DNA of 64,000 nt from Bacteroidales bacterium (lineage in GTDB: Bacteria > Bacteroidota > Bacteroidia > Bacteroidales > UBA3824): the NCBI GenBank assembly GCA_017535325.1, contig JAFXUC010000029.1, forward strand, positions 14,878 through 78,877. The letters are read 5' to 3'. Numbering within the stretch: position 1 is the stretch's first letter; each line of letters opens with the position of its first letter. The notes beneath the pieces are model-generated. The model saw only the letters and a program-made list of their open reading frames with translations. It ran no database searches and was not told the origin of the DNA. Positions 38,240 to 47,733 of this stretch are shown here, piece by piece. The position numbers and the translations under genes were made by a program.

Positions 38240-39262
38240 ATGAACAATCCCGTATATATATCGTATGCTTGGGCTAACGACAACAATCCCGATTTGGAGG
38301 ACGATGTTAACCGTTTGTGCCGCGTTATGGAAAAAAACGGTATTTATTATAAGCGCGACAAAGAAAACCTTTGTCCCTACCGTTGGAGTATAAACAAAGC
38401 CGAAGAAGAAATCGGAGAAGGTTGCGCCGTTATCGTTGTTATCAGCGAAAAATACATAAAATCTCTTCACTGTATGCACGAATGGCATTTGATAAAAGAA
38501 AACGGAAGAATCTGGCAGAGAGTTTTTCCTATCGTTTTAAAAGGTGCGGATTTGACCAACAAATGTAAATATAAGGAGTATTACAAATTTTTTATAGACC
38601 GCCGTGACGAACTTGTTGAACAACTCCGCGAAGGTATTATTCCGCTTTCGCAGTCGGAAACCGAGGCGGCGCGTTTCGGATATTATATCTCCGACCTCGC
38701 TGAAATGTACCAGTATCTTACCGATTACAATACCGCAAAATCCGTAGTCAGAGAAAACGATTTTGAATTGGTAATCAGTCAGTTGAAAAAATATTTAGGT
38801 GTTTTTGACTCTAAGATACAAAAGCCGGAGCCTAAACCGGAACCGAAGAAAGACTCTAAACCCAAAAAAGAACCTAAACCTGAACCCAAAAAAGAAGAAT
38901 CTCAAAAAAAAGGCGGTTCTGTTTATGACGGTTTGACAAAAAGGCAGACTTCCTTGTTGCAAAAAAATATTAACTCCACTTATTATGCGTTTTTGGAGGA
39001 CGAAAAAAATGACAATAACGGTTATGCAGCTAAGGAATTTTTAAAGAATGTAACGAAACCGCTTCGTACTGACGGCGTTTATGATGAGGAAACTAAAAAT
39101 GCTGTTATGGAGTTGCAACACTATCTTAACCGCAGACAAGTAGGTTGGTTGGAAATATCTTTGACGCTTGACGGAATTTACGGTCCTAAAACCGAAGACG
39201 CATACGACAAGTGGTCTAAAAAAGCAAATCCTAATGCTGATAAAAGAATTTTAGATAAATAA
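38240..39262 (+). CDS. TIR-domain protein fused through a PEPK-repeat linker to a peptidoglycan-binding-like (PG_binding_1) domain
   Basis: The N-terminus MNNPVYISYAW and ...VVISEKYIKSLHCMHEW match the TIR beta-A and S..Y..S..C..E motifs. Linker KPEPKPEPKKDSKPKKEPKPEPKKEE. The C-terminal DGVYDEETKNAVMELQHYL...DGIYGPKTEDAYDKW resembles PG_binding_1 repeats. No signal peptide. Confidence 0.7.
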   Translation: MNNPVYISYAWANDNNPDLEDDVNRLCRVMEKNGIYYKRDKENLCPYRWSINKAEEEIGEGCAVIVVISEKYIKSLHCMHEWHLIKENGRIWQRVFPIVLKGADLTNKCKYKEYYKFFIDRRDELVEQLREGIIPLSQSETEAARFGYYISDLAEMYQYLTDYNTAKSVVRENDFELVISQLKKYLGVFDSKIQKPEPKPEPKKDSKPKKEPKPEPKKEESQKKGGSVYDGLTKRQTSLLQKNINSTYYAFLEDEKNDNNGYAAKEFLKNVTKPLRTDGVYDEETKNAVMELQHYLNRRQVGWLEISLTLDGIYGPKTEDAYDKWSKKANPNADKRILDK

Positions 39263-39296
39263 AAAAAGCGGCTAAAAAAAGCCGCTTTTTATTTTA
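39263..39296. terminator. bidirectional hairpin terminator between the TIR gene and serS
   Basis: A-run-AAGCGGC-loop-GCCGCTT-T-run. Confidence 0.7.
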
Positions 39297-40574
39297 TTAT
39301 TCGATGGTGTCGAAATGTGTGTATTGTCTTAATACTTCGGGGATTTCGATTTTGTCTGCTTTCTGACAGTTTTCGAGGATTGAAGCCACGATTCTCGGCA
39401 ATGCGAGACCCGAACCGTTCAAAGTGTGGCAGAGTTTCGACTTTTTGTCGCCCTCTTCTCTGAAACGCAGTTTCAAGCGGTTTGCCTGGAAAGATTCAAA
39501 GTTGGAAACCGAACTTACTTCAAGCCATTTGCCCTGAGCGGCGCACCATACCTCAAAATCGTAGGTCATAGCCGAGGTAAAACTCATGTCGCCGCCGCAA
39601 AGACGGATAATTCTGTACGGAAGTTTCAATTTTTTGAGCAAGCCTTCAACGTGCAAAACCATCATGTCCAGAGCGTTGTAACTCTTGTCGGGGTGAACGA
39701 TTTGAACTAATTCCACTTTGTCGAACTCATGCAGACGGTTGAGACCTTTAACGTCTGAGCCGTAACTGCCCGCCTCGCGTCTGAAACACGGCGTATAAGC
39801 GCAGTGTTTAATCGGAAGTTGTTTAACGTCAAGGATTTCGTCTCTGTAAATGTTGGTGACAGGAACCTCTGCCGTGGGAACAAGATACAGATTGTCAACC
39901 TCGCAGTGATACATCTGACCTTCTTTGTCGGGAAGTTGTCCCGTGCCGAAACCTGATGCCTCGTTTACCAAAACAGGCGGCTCAACTTCCAAGTAGCCTG
40001 ATTTTTCAGCCTCGTCAAGGAAAAAGTTGATAAGTGCGCGTTGAAGTTTTGCGCCTTTGCCTTTGTAGAGCGGAAAGCCTGCGCCGGTGATTTTAACGCC
40101 GGTTTCAAAGTCGATGATGTCGTATTTTTTAGCCAAATCCCAGTGGCAAAGCGGTTGAAAACCTTCATAATTAGGATTTTCGCCGCCACGACGGATTTCT
40201 ACGTTGTCTGCTGCGCTTTTGCCCGGTGCAACAAGTTCGTAAGGAAGGTTAGGCAGCAAAACCAAAGTGTCAAAAAGTTCCTTGTCAAGAGCCTGAAACT
40301 TGTCTTCCTGCTCTTTGATAATGGTTTTGAGTTCCGTAGAACGTCCTTTTGCAGCCTCTGCGCCTGCTTTGTCGCCGTTTTTGAAAAGTTCGCCGATTTT
40401 TTTTGCCAATCCGTTTTGTTCGGCTTTATTGTCTTCGAGTTGTTTTTGGATTTCGCGTTTTTCCTTGTCAAGGGCGACGATTTTTTCAACCGCCGGTCTT
40501 GCGTCGCGGTTTTTTATCGCCAAACGCTCAATCACAAATTCGGGATTCTCTACTATTGTCTTTACTAACAGCAT
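39297..40574 (-). CDS. serS: seryl-tRNA synthetase
   Basis: N-terminal coiled-coil arm, class II core (LPIKHCAYTPCFRREAGSYG, TLNGSGLALPR). 425 aa. Confidence 0.95.
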   Translation of the reverse strand: MLLVKTIVENPEFVIERLAIKNRDARPAVEKIVALDKEKREIQKQLEDNKAEQNGLAKKIGELFKNGDKAGAEAAKGRSTELKTIIKEQEDKFQALDKELFDTLVLLPNLPYELVAPGKSAADNVEIRRGGENPNYEGFQPLCHWDLAKKYDIIDFETGVKITGAGFPLYKGKGAKLQRALINFFLDEAEKSGYLEVEPPVLVNEASGFGTGQLPDKEGQMYHCEVDNLYLVPTAEVPVTNIYRDEILDVKQLPIKHCAYTPCFRREAGSYGSDVKGLNRLHEFDKVELVQIVHPDKSYNALDMMVLHVEGLLKKLKLPYRIIRLCGGDMSFTSAMTYDFEVWCAAQGKWLEVSSVSNFESFQANRLKLRFREEGDKKSKLCHTLNGSGLALPRIVASILENCQKADKIEIPEVLRQYTHFDTIE

Positions 40575-40676
40575 GATGTACTTAATTATAAATAAAAACT
40601 CCCAAGAGATTTTTCTAAACGAAAAGCCGTCTCAGGAGTCGTTGTTTTTTTGTTGTTTAATTTAAATATTCATACG

Positions 40677-40943
40677 TTATTTGGCTTCAACGTTTTCAAT
40701 TACGTTAACGTAACTTTTGTCTTTGCCTTTAACTTCAAATTTCACTACTCCGTTTGTGAGTGCAAAAAGAGTGTGGTCTTTGCCCATACCTACGTTTTTG
40801 CCCGGATAGTGCTGTGTGCCTCTCTGACGTACAATAATGTTGCCGGCGATAACTGCCTCACCGCCGAATTTTTTTACGCCCAAACGTTTGCTGTGTGATT
40901 CGCGGCCGTTTCTCGAACTGCCGACACCTTTCTTATGTGCCAT
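40677..40943 (-). CDS. rpmA: 50S ribosomal protein L27
   Basis: [29 protein letters not shown]. Confidence 0.95.
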   Translation of the reverse strand: MAHKKGVGSSRNGRESHSKRLGVKKFGGEAVIAGNIIVRQRGTQHYPGKNVGMGKDHTLFALTNGVVKFEVKGKDKSYVNVIENVEAK

Positions 40944-41006
40944 TTCTTTTACTAAGTTTTTGAGATTTTACAATAAATTTGTCTTAAAATTCTTACCGCC
41001 AAACTT

Positions 41007-41318
41007 TTAGAAATTAATATCTTCGATAAGAATCTGGGTTAAATACTGACGGTGTCCCCTCTTAACGGCGTAACCTTTTCTGCGTTTTTTGTGGAAAACG
41101 ATAACTTTGTCGTCTTTGAGGTGTTTGAGAACTTTTGCGGAAACCTTTGCGCCTTCTACTTTCGGTGCGCCGATTTTAACATCGCCGTCGTTGTCAACCA
41201 AAAGAACGTTGTCGAAACTTACATTGCTGCCTTCTTCGTTTTTGAGGCGGTGAACATAAACTTTTCTGTCTTTCTCAACTTTGAACTGTTGACCTAAAAT
41301 TTCTACTATTGCGTACAT
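41007..41318 (-). CDS. rplU: 50S ribosomal protein L21
   Basis: Start moved to the ATG at 41318 ([16 protein letters not shown]...). Conserved rplU-rpmA order. Confidence 0.93.
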   Translation of the reverse strand: MYAIVEILGQQFKVEKDRKVYVHRLKNEEGSNVSFDNVLLVDNDGDVKIGAPKVEGAKVSAKVLKHLKDDKVIVFHKKRRKGYAVKRGHRQYLTQILIEDINF

Positions 41319-41498
41319 TTTTTGAAATTTTTTGTGCCGGTAAGGCGGTAACTTTATAAAAGTCAATCACTTAAAATACCTCCCGACTGATTAATACTAT
41401 TTTTTCGTGCGGCAAAATTACGCTTTTTTATTCATATAACAAAATTTTTTGGATTTTTTTTGTTATTTTTTCTCTTTGGAAGTTATCAAAAAAATAAC

Positions 41499-41506
41499 TA
41501 CCTTTG
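41499..41506 (+). promoter_or_regulatory. Bacteroidota -7 box (TACCTTTG)
   Basis: TAnnTTTG match 25 nt upstream of the ATG at 41531. Confidence 0.5.
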
Positions 41507-41530
41507 CACCCCGAAATAACGAATGAATAG

Positions 41531-44500
41531 ATGGGAAAATTTTTCGGAAAAACTTGGTGGGGCGAGCGGTGGCTCAACGCGCTTTCAGGTATAGACTTAT
41601 CAAACCGTATACCGAGAGGTTCGTCCTATGCAAAAAACGGAATGGTCAAAAGCCTTAAATTCAGCGGAAACAAGGTTTCTGCGGTTGTGCAGGGCACATG
41701 GAATTATTTTGTGGATATAGAAATTCCCGAATTTGACGGGGCACGGTTTGAAAATTTTATCGGCTGCCTCAGGGAAAAGCCTGCCGTTATTTCAAAACTT
41801 CTGAACAGGGAACTCGACCCTGAAATCCTTGACATCGCCCAAAAGTCGGGCTTGAAAGTTTTCCCGGGAAGGTGGAGCGACATAAGAATGCACTGCGATT
41901 GTCCCGATTCTGCCGTCCCCTGCAAACACCTTGCGGCTGTCATCTACACGATAAGCCGCGAAATCGACAACAATCCTTTTGTGGTTTTCAAACTTCACGG
42001 CGTAGATTTGATTGAGGAACTCAAAAAACGCGGCTTGGAACTCGACGCTGAAAACCTTATCGAAGTTCCCGGTTTGGAATCTCTTTTTGAAAAAGACAAA
42101 AAGCCGTCACCCTCAGGAGAGTTTTTCAGGGTGGATTTTTCCGTTATCAACGACAATATTCAGGCTATCGGCAACATTCTGCCGAAAGAGACACCTTTTT
42201 ATCCGACAGCAGGTTTCTACAAAAAATATAATTCCGAAATTCTTTACATTGCAAAGACTGCAAAACTGATTCTTGAAAAAAAATCGGATTTTTTTGAGCG
42301 GCTTTGTGAAAATTCCAAAACCAATTTTGACGGAAAAATTACCAACGATACCGAATTTCAGATATTTGCAGATTCGGATTTTAATTTTTTTGTTGCAGAA
42401 AAAGATACTGAAAAAACTTGGCCATTAGAAGAAATTTTGTATCAGGTTTTTTCTATTCCGCAGGATTACATAACAGATTTTTCACCGTCGGTAATCGCTA
42501 TTAATCAAATTATTATCTGCGCGTTGTATCTTTTGGCGAGCGGAAATTTTGCTCCCGCCGTTTTCAAAACCTCTGTTAAAAACTATTTCGCGGTGTGGTT
42601 CGGTACAAAAATCGACCCTTCTGTGGACGTCGTTTTCAACAGTCTTGAAAAAATATTTCCCTCGGATTTGTTTACCGTAAAACCCTTCAATGGCAGAAAA
42701 TATTTCCCGGTAAAACGCCGTGCGGGGCTTGCTGTTTCGGCGTTTGTCGGCTTTTTGGTTTCCAAGATTTCGCGCTCTGACAAGGGCGACAAAATTTTGG
42801 AGTTTCTTTTCCGTCAAAAGACCGAGCGTTTTGCCTCTCCGGGCGAAAAGGAAATCCCCGGCAGCATCAAGGCGTGGACTGACAGATTGTTTTTCAACAC
42901 CGGTCAATACGGCTTTCAGGTGGTTGTAACGGAGGCAAACAGGGAGTGTTTCAATCTTGAACTGTCCGTTGACATCAAAAAAGAGACTGTTTTGCTCAGG
43001 GAAATTTTGCAGTTGAAAAAATACGTGGGCGAAAAATTCAAGATTCTCAAAGAACTTTCCCTGATTTCAACGTTTTTGGAAGGTTACGAAAAATACATCA
43101 ATTCTGACGCTTCGGAGCCGATGGTTTATACTTTGGCGGGCTTGTCGGAATTTTTGTTTTCGATTGCGCCGTCTTTGAAACTTCTCGGAGTAAAAATCAT
43201 GCTGCCGAAGTCTTTGAAAAACCTGACACGTCCGAGGGTTATGATGAAAATTTCCGCTCAGCAGAGTAAGTCAAAGAGTTATATCCGTCTTGACGACCTT
43301 TTGAATTTTGACTGGCAAATCGCTTTGGGCGACAACAGCATAAGTTACGAGGACTTTTTGAAACTTTATTCAAAGGCGAGCGGACTTGTGAAAATCAAGC
43401 AGAGTTATTTTTACATCAACGAGTCCGACATTGAGCGCATAAAAAAAGTCGTTGACACAAAAACGGGCTTTTCAAAAGCGCAGATTTTGCAGACGGCTTT
43501 GTCGGAGAGTTTTGACAATATGCCCGTTGAACTCAACAAAGAGGCGAAAGAGTTGATTAAAAAGATTAAGAATTTTCCGGAAGTTCCCGTCCCTGAAAAT
43601 ATTCACGCCGTTCTAAGACCTTATCAGCAAAGAGGTTACGAATGGCTATGTAAAAACAGCAGACTGGGTTTCGGAAGTATTCTGGCTGACGACATGGGTC
43701 TCGGAAAAACGCTTCAAACGGTTGCCTTTTTGCAGAATTTGAAAAACGCGGGCGCGTTCAAGAAGAAAAAAGCCTTGGTTGTAGTGCCGACGGGCTTGAT
43801 TTCAAACTGGCAAAACGAGGTCGCAAAATTCGCTCCCGAAATGACCGTTTTCACTTATCACGGCATTGACAGGGACATCAAAAAATTTGACACCGACGTT
43901 TTTTTGACAACTTACGGCGTAATGCGCTCCGATGTTGACAAACTTAAAAAATTCAAATGGGCGGTTATGGTGATTGATGAGGCGCAAAATATTAAGAATC
44001 AGACGACTGCGCAGACCAAGGCGGCGGTTTCGCTTTCTGCCGACACCAAGATTGCGCTTTCGGGTACGCCTGTCGAAAACCGTCTGTCGGAGTTTTGGAG
44101 CATAATGAATTTTGTCAACGCGGGTTATTTCGGCTCGCTGAAAAAGTTTTCGGAAAATTATGCGAATCCGATTCAGAACCTCGGCGACAAGGTTTGTGCG
44201 GAGCGTTTGAAAAAATCCGCCGCGCCGTTTATGATGCGCCGTCTGAAAACCGACAAGACGATTATCAACGATCTTCCCGACAAAATTGAGCAGAACGAAT
44301 TTGCGCAACTCACCGCTCAGCAGGCGGCTGTTTACGAAACCACCCTGCAAGAGGCGATGACGGCGATAAAAGGTATAGAACAGACTGATTCACAGTCGCT
44401 TTTCAAACGTCAGGGTTTGATTCTTCAAATGATTCTGGCTCTGAAACAGATTTGCAACCACCCCGCGCTGTTTCTTAAAAACAAGGATTTCAACCCCGGA

Positions 44501-45016
44501 CTTTCGGGCAAGGCGGAGATGTTTCTCTCGCTTGTTGACAATATCACGGAAAGCGGTCAGAAGGCGATTGTTTTCACTCAGTTTAAGGAAATGGGCGACA
44601 TTCTCTCTGAAATGGTTTTTCAGCAGACGGGCAGGCGTCCGCTCTTTTTGCACGGCGGCTGCACCGTTGAGCAGAGAAAGCAGATGGTGGAAAAATTTCA
44701 GACGCAGCGTCAGCACCAGATTTTTATACTTTCGCTCAAAGCGGCGGGTACGGGTCTTAATCTAACTGCGGCAAGTCATGTGATTCATTACGATTTGTGG
44801 TGGAATCCGGCTGTGGAGGCGCAGGCAACAGACCGCGCTTACCGTATCGGACAGCATCAAAACGTTATGGTTCACCGTTTTATAACGCAGAATACGTTTG
44901 AGGAAAAAATCGACAAAATGATTCAGGACAAAAAACTTCTTGCCGATATGACCGTTGCCTCAGGCGAAAGTTGGATTGGAAAACTCACAAATAAGCAGTT
45001 GGAAGAGTTGTTCTGA
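41531..45016 (+). CDS. SNF2-family helicase with N-terminal SWIM zinc finger
   Basis: SWIM CDCPDSAVPCKH. SNF2 motifs DDMGLGKTLQT, DEAQNIKN and GTGLNLTAASHVIHYDLWWNPAVEAQATDRAYRIGQ. 1161 aa. Confidence 0.88.
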   Translation: MGKFFGKTWWGERWLNALSGIDLSNRIPRGSSYAKNGMVKSLKFSGNKVSAVVQGTWNYFVDIEIPEFDGARFENFIGCLREKPAVISKLLNRELDPEILDIAQKSGLKVFPGRWSDIRMHCDCPDSAVPCKHLAAVIYTISREIDNNPFVVFKLHGVDLIEELKKRGLELDAENLIEVPGLESLFEKDKKPSPSGEFFRVDFSVINDNIQAIGNILPKETPFYPTAGFYKKYNSEILYIAKTAKLILEKKSDFFERLCENSKTNFDGKITNDTEFQIFADSDFNFFVAEKDTEKTWPLEEILYQVFSIPQDYITDFSPSVIAINQIIICALYLLASGNFAPAVFKTSVKNYFAVWFGTKIDPSVDVVFNSLEKIFPSDLFTVKPFNGRKYFPVKRRAGLAVSAFVGFLVSKISRSDKGDKILEFLFRQKTERFASPGEKEIPGSIKAWTDRLFFNTGQYGFQVVVTEANRECFNLELSVDIKKETVLLREILQLKKYVGEKFKILKELSLISTFLEGYEKYINSDASEPMVYTLAGLSEFLFSIAPSLKLLGVKIMLPKSLKNLTRPRVMMKISAQQSKSKSYIRLDDLLNFDWQIALGDNSISYEDFLKLYSKASGLVKIKQSYFYINESDIERIKKVVDTKTGFSKAQILQTALSESFDNMPVELNKEAKELIKKIKNFPEVPVPENIHAVLRPYQQRGYEWLCKNSRLGFGSILADDMGLGKTLQTVAFLQNLKNAGAFKKKKALVVVPTGLISNWQNEVAKFAPEMTVFTYHGIDRDIKKFDTDVFLTTYGVMRSDVDKLKKFKWAVMVIDEAQNIKNQTTAQTKAAVSLSADTKIALSGTPVENRLSEFWSIMNFVNAGYFGSLKKFSENYANPIQNLGDKVCAERLKKSAAPFMMRRLKTDKTIINDLPDKIEQNEFAQLTAQQAAVYETTLQEAMTAIKGIEQTDSQSLFKRQGLILQMILALKQICNHPALFLKNKDFNPGLSGKAEMFLSLVDNITESGQKAIVFTQFKEMGDILSEMVFQQTGRRPLFLHGGCTVEQRKQMVEKFQTQRQHQIFILSLKAAGTGLNLTAASHVIHYDLWWNPAVEAQATDRAYRIGQHQNVMVHRFITQNTFEEKIDKMIQDKKLLADMTVASGESWIGKLTNKQLEELF

Positions 45017-45028
45017 AAAAAACGAGTT

Positions 45029-45056
45029 GTGTTAACAAATTTTAACACATTTTTTG
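45029..45056 (+). terminator. hairpin terminator after the SNF2 gene
   Basis: GTGTTAA-loop-TTAACAC followed by a T run. Confidence 0.55.
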
Positions 45057-45257
45057 AAACCTTTTTTTTGGTTTTACGTATATATCTATTACTAAGTTGC
45101 AAAAAAAGAGAGGTCAATACAAAAAAACGTGAAAAATGAATTCATTATTGCACAGAATTTGCAACTGTTGAAAGAAAAATATGTTTAACTAAAAAAATTA
45201 CGGAGGAGATGCCTATAAGATGAGAGCTACGCTTTAAAACTTAAAACATCATTGAAT

Positions 45258-45848
45258 ATGGACTATAAGAACATGAAAGACCAGGAACTTGTTGATATGT
45301 TTATATTAACGGGTGATAATGATTGCATCAAGGAATTGGTAGAGCGTTATAAGAGTAAGATATACACTTACATTTTGTTGAACGTTAAGGACAGCGAACT
45401 GGCTGGCGATATTTTTCAGGAAACGTTCATTAAGGTGATAAAGTCGCTGAAAAAAGGCAGGTATATGGAAAAGGGCATTTTTATGTCTTGGGTAGTAAGA
45501 ATAGCGCATAACCTGATAGTAGACCATTACCGTAAGGACAGACACATGAAGTTGACGTCTACCGACCAGACGGATGCAGATATTTTCAACAGCAAAAAAT
45601 TTGCGGACAAAAATGTTGAAGATATAATGGTACAAAGTCGTATAGAGTTTGAAGTTAGACAGCTCATTAACGAACTCCCGAAAGATCAAAAGGAAGTGAT
45701 ATTGCTCAGACACTACGGAGAGATGAGTTTCAAAGAGATTGCCGACCAGACGGGCGTCAGCATTAATACTGCACTCGGACGTATGCGTTATGCGTTAATC
45801 AATTTGAGGAAAATGATTGAAGACAGAAATCTCCGTCTGTATGCCTGA
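45258..45848 (+). CDS. sigma-70 family (ECF-type) RNA polymerase sigma factor
   Basis: The ATG at 45258 is preferred over the TTG at 45252. Region 2 DIFQETFIKVI...WVVRIAHNLIVDHYRK, region 4 SFKEIADQTGVSINTALGRMRYA. No adjacent anti-sigma. Confidence 0.8.
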   Translation: MDYKNMKDQELVDMFILTGDNDCIKELVERYKSKIYTYILLNVKDSELAGDIFQETFIKVIKSLKKGRYMEKGIFMSWVVRIAHNLIVDHYRKDRHMKLTSTDQTDADIFNSKKFADKNVEDIMVQSRIEFEVRQLINELPKDQKEVILLRHYGEMSFKEIADQTGVSINTALGRMRYALINLRKMIEDRNLRLYA

Positions 45849-45919
45849 ACCCGCTTAAAACGAGGATTAAGAAAGGGTAAAAAACAATTTATTACTTCTG
45901 AATTTTAGGAAATTAAAAT

Positions 45920-45962
45920 GCCGGATTCTTTTTTCGCATCAAAAAGAGTCCGGCTTTTTTTT
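45920..45962 (+). terminator. rho-independent terminator after the sigma factor gene
   Basis: GCCGGATTCTTTTT...AAAAAGAGTCCGGC followed by T8. Confidence 0.7.
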
Positions 45963-45996
45963 ATTGGAAAAATTTGATAAAACAAATATATTTTGC

Positions 45997-46004
45997 TAAA
46001 TTTG
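45997..46004 (+). promoter_or_regulatory. Bacteroidota -7 box (TAAATTTG)
   Basis: TAnnTTTG match 24 nt upstream of the ATG at 46028. Confidence 0.5.
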
Positions 46005-46027
46005 CCGCTTGTAAAATCTGATTAATT

Positions 46028-46588
46028 ATGCAAAAAGATATTCAGAATGCGGTCAGAGCGTTGAGCGAGGGAAAAATAATTCTTTACCCTACCGATACGG
46101 TATGGGGTCTGGGCTGTGATGCCACCGATGCAAAAGCGGTGGAAAAAATTTTTGAGATAAAACACCGCACGGCAACCAAAAGCCTTATTGTTTTGGTCAG
46201 CAACTTCCTTATGCTGAGGGAATATGTTGCTGAGGTGCCTTTCCGTGCCGTGGAGTTGATGGAAGAGGCTACCGGCCCGCTTACCGTGATATATCCGAAA
46301 TCAAAAAATCTTGCCGGCAATCTTCTTGCTGAGGACGGCTCGGTAGGTATCCGTATTCCTGATGACCCTTTTTGTAAAGGTCTTATTTCCGCTTTCGGCA
46401 AGCCCATCGTTTCGACTTCGGCAAACATAAGCGGCGAAAAGCCGTCAAGCGTGTTCAAAAACCTTTCCGGCGAAATTATAGAAGCGGTAGATTATGTGGT
46501 CTCTTACCGTCAGGATGATGAGACTGTTGCCGAGCCGTCAAGTATTATAAAAGTAGGCAACGACGGAAGTGTCATAAAAATCCGTTAA
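46028..46588 (+). CDS. tsaC: L-threonylcarbamoyladenylate synthase (YrdC/TsaC family)
   Basis: ILYPTDTVWGLGCDA, SLIVLV and STSANISG motifs. 186 aa. Confidence 0.85.
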   Translation: MQKDIQNAVRALSEGKIILYPTDTVWGLGCDATDAKAVEKIFEIKHRTATKSLIVLVSNFLMLREYVAEVPFRAVELMEEATGPLTVIYPKSKNLAGNLLAEDGSVGIRIPDDPFCKGLISAFGKPIVSTSANISGEKPSSVFKNLSGEIIEAVDYVVSYRQDDETVAEPSSIIKVGNDGSVIKIR

Positions 46589-46604
46589 AAACAACAAATA
46601 GAAT

Positions 46605-47694
46605 ATGTACAACAAAGACGAATATAAGGCTCTCGAAAAACGTTTGTGGGAGTTGAGGAGGCATCTTTGACATTGAAGGCAAAAAAAAGGAAACCGCTGA
46701 AAAGCAACTCAAAACCGAAGAAGACGGTTTTTGGGACGATGCCAAGGAAGCGGAAAAATTTTTGAGGGAAATTGCCTCCGTAAAAAAATGGGTTACGGAT
46801 TTTGAGGCTGCTGAAAACGCTTTCAAAGATTTGCAGGTTTTGGCGGAGTTTGCCGAGGCGGGCGACGATCCCGGCGAGGATTACGACTCTCAGTTCAAAG
46901 CCGCGCTTTCAAAAATCGAAGACCTCGAATTTAAAAACATGCTCGGCGACGAGGAAGATTCCTTTGACGCTATTTTGAAAATAAACGCCGGCGCGGGCGG
47001 CACCGAGTCAAACGACTGGGCTGCGATGCTTATGCGTATGTACAGCCGCTGGGCTGAGGACAACGGATACAAAGTTACAGTTACAAACTATCTTGAAGGC
47101 GAAGACGCGGGTATCAAGACGGTTTCTTTGCAAATCTCCGGCGAATACGCTTTCGGCTGGCTCAAAGGTGAAAACGGCGTTCACAGGTTAGTCAGAATAT
47201 CGCCTTTCAACGCACAGGGAAAACGTCAGACGACTTTTGCCTCGGTTTTTGTTGTGCCGCTTATCAATGACGACATCGAAATCAACATCAACCCCTCAGA
47301 CCTCGAATGGGACACTTTCAGGTCTTCGGGCGCGGGCGGTCAGAATGTCAACAAAGTGGAAACTGGTGTCCGTGTCAAGCACATTCCCTCCGGAATTGTC
47401 GTTGAAAACACCGAAAGCCGCTCTCAGGGGCAAAACCGTGAAAACGCTCTCAGGATTCTTAAATCCCATCTTTACGAAATAGAAATGAACAAGAAACGGG
47501 AAAAACAAGCCGAAATCGAGGGCAAAAAGAAGAAAATAGAGTGGGGGAGTCAAATACGCAGTTACGTTATGCACCCTTACAAAATGGTAAAAGATCTCAG
47601 AACCGGAATCGAAACCTCGGACGTTCAAGGCGTTATGGACGGACAGTTGAACGAATTTTTGAAAGGGTTTTTGATGCAGTACGGTGCTGAATAA
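46605..47694 (+). CDS. prfB: peptide chain release factor 2, requires a programmed +1 frameshift at 46668
   Basis: Frame 0 reads MYNKDEYKALEKRLWELRRHL then TGA (46668-46670). The +1 frame continues DIEGKKKETAEKQL...FWDD... into track ORF 46762..47694, which carries the SPF tripeptide (RISPFNAQG) and GGQ (SSGAGGQNVNKV). Confidence 0.92.
46656..46671 (+). promoter_or_regulatory. prfB +1 frameshift site (internal SD-like AGGAGG, 3-nt spacer, CTT TGA C)
   Basis: AGGAGG-CAT-CTT-TGA-C has the same architecture as the classical RF2 autoregulatory site. Confidence 0.9.
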
Positions 47695-47733
47695 TGTTAA
47701 AATTAAAATTCTGAAATTTATGAAACTGTTTTT

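Noticed and set aside
46572-46826. Track ORF 46572..46826(-), overlapping the start of prfB
   Set aside because: It is antisense to the RF2 frameshift region. The locus is fully explained by prfB with its programmed +1 frameshift.
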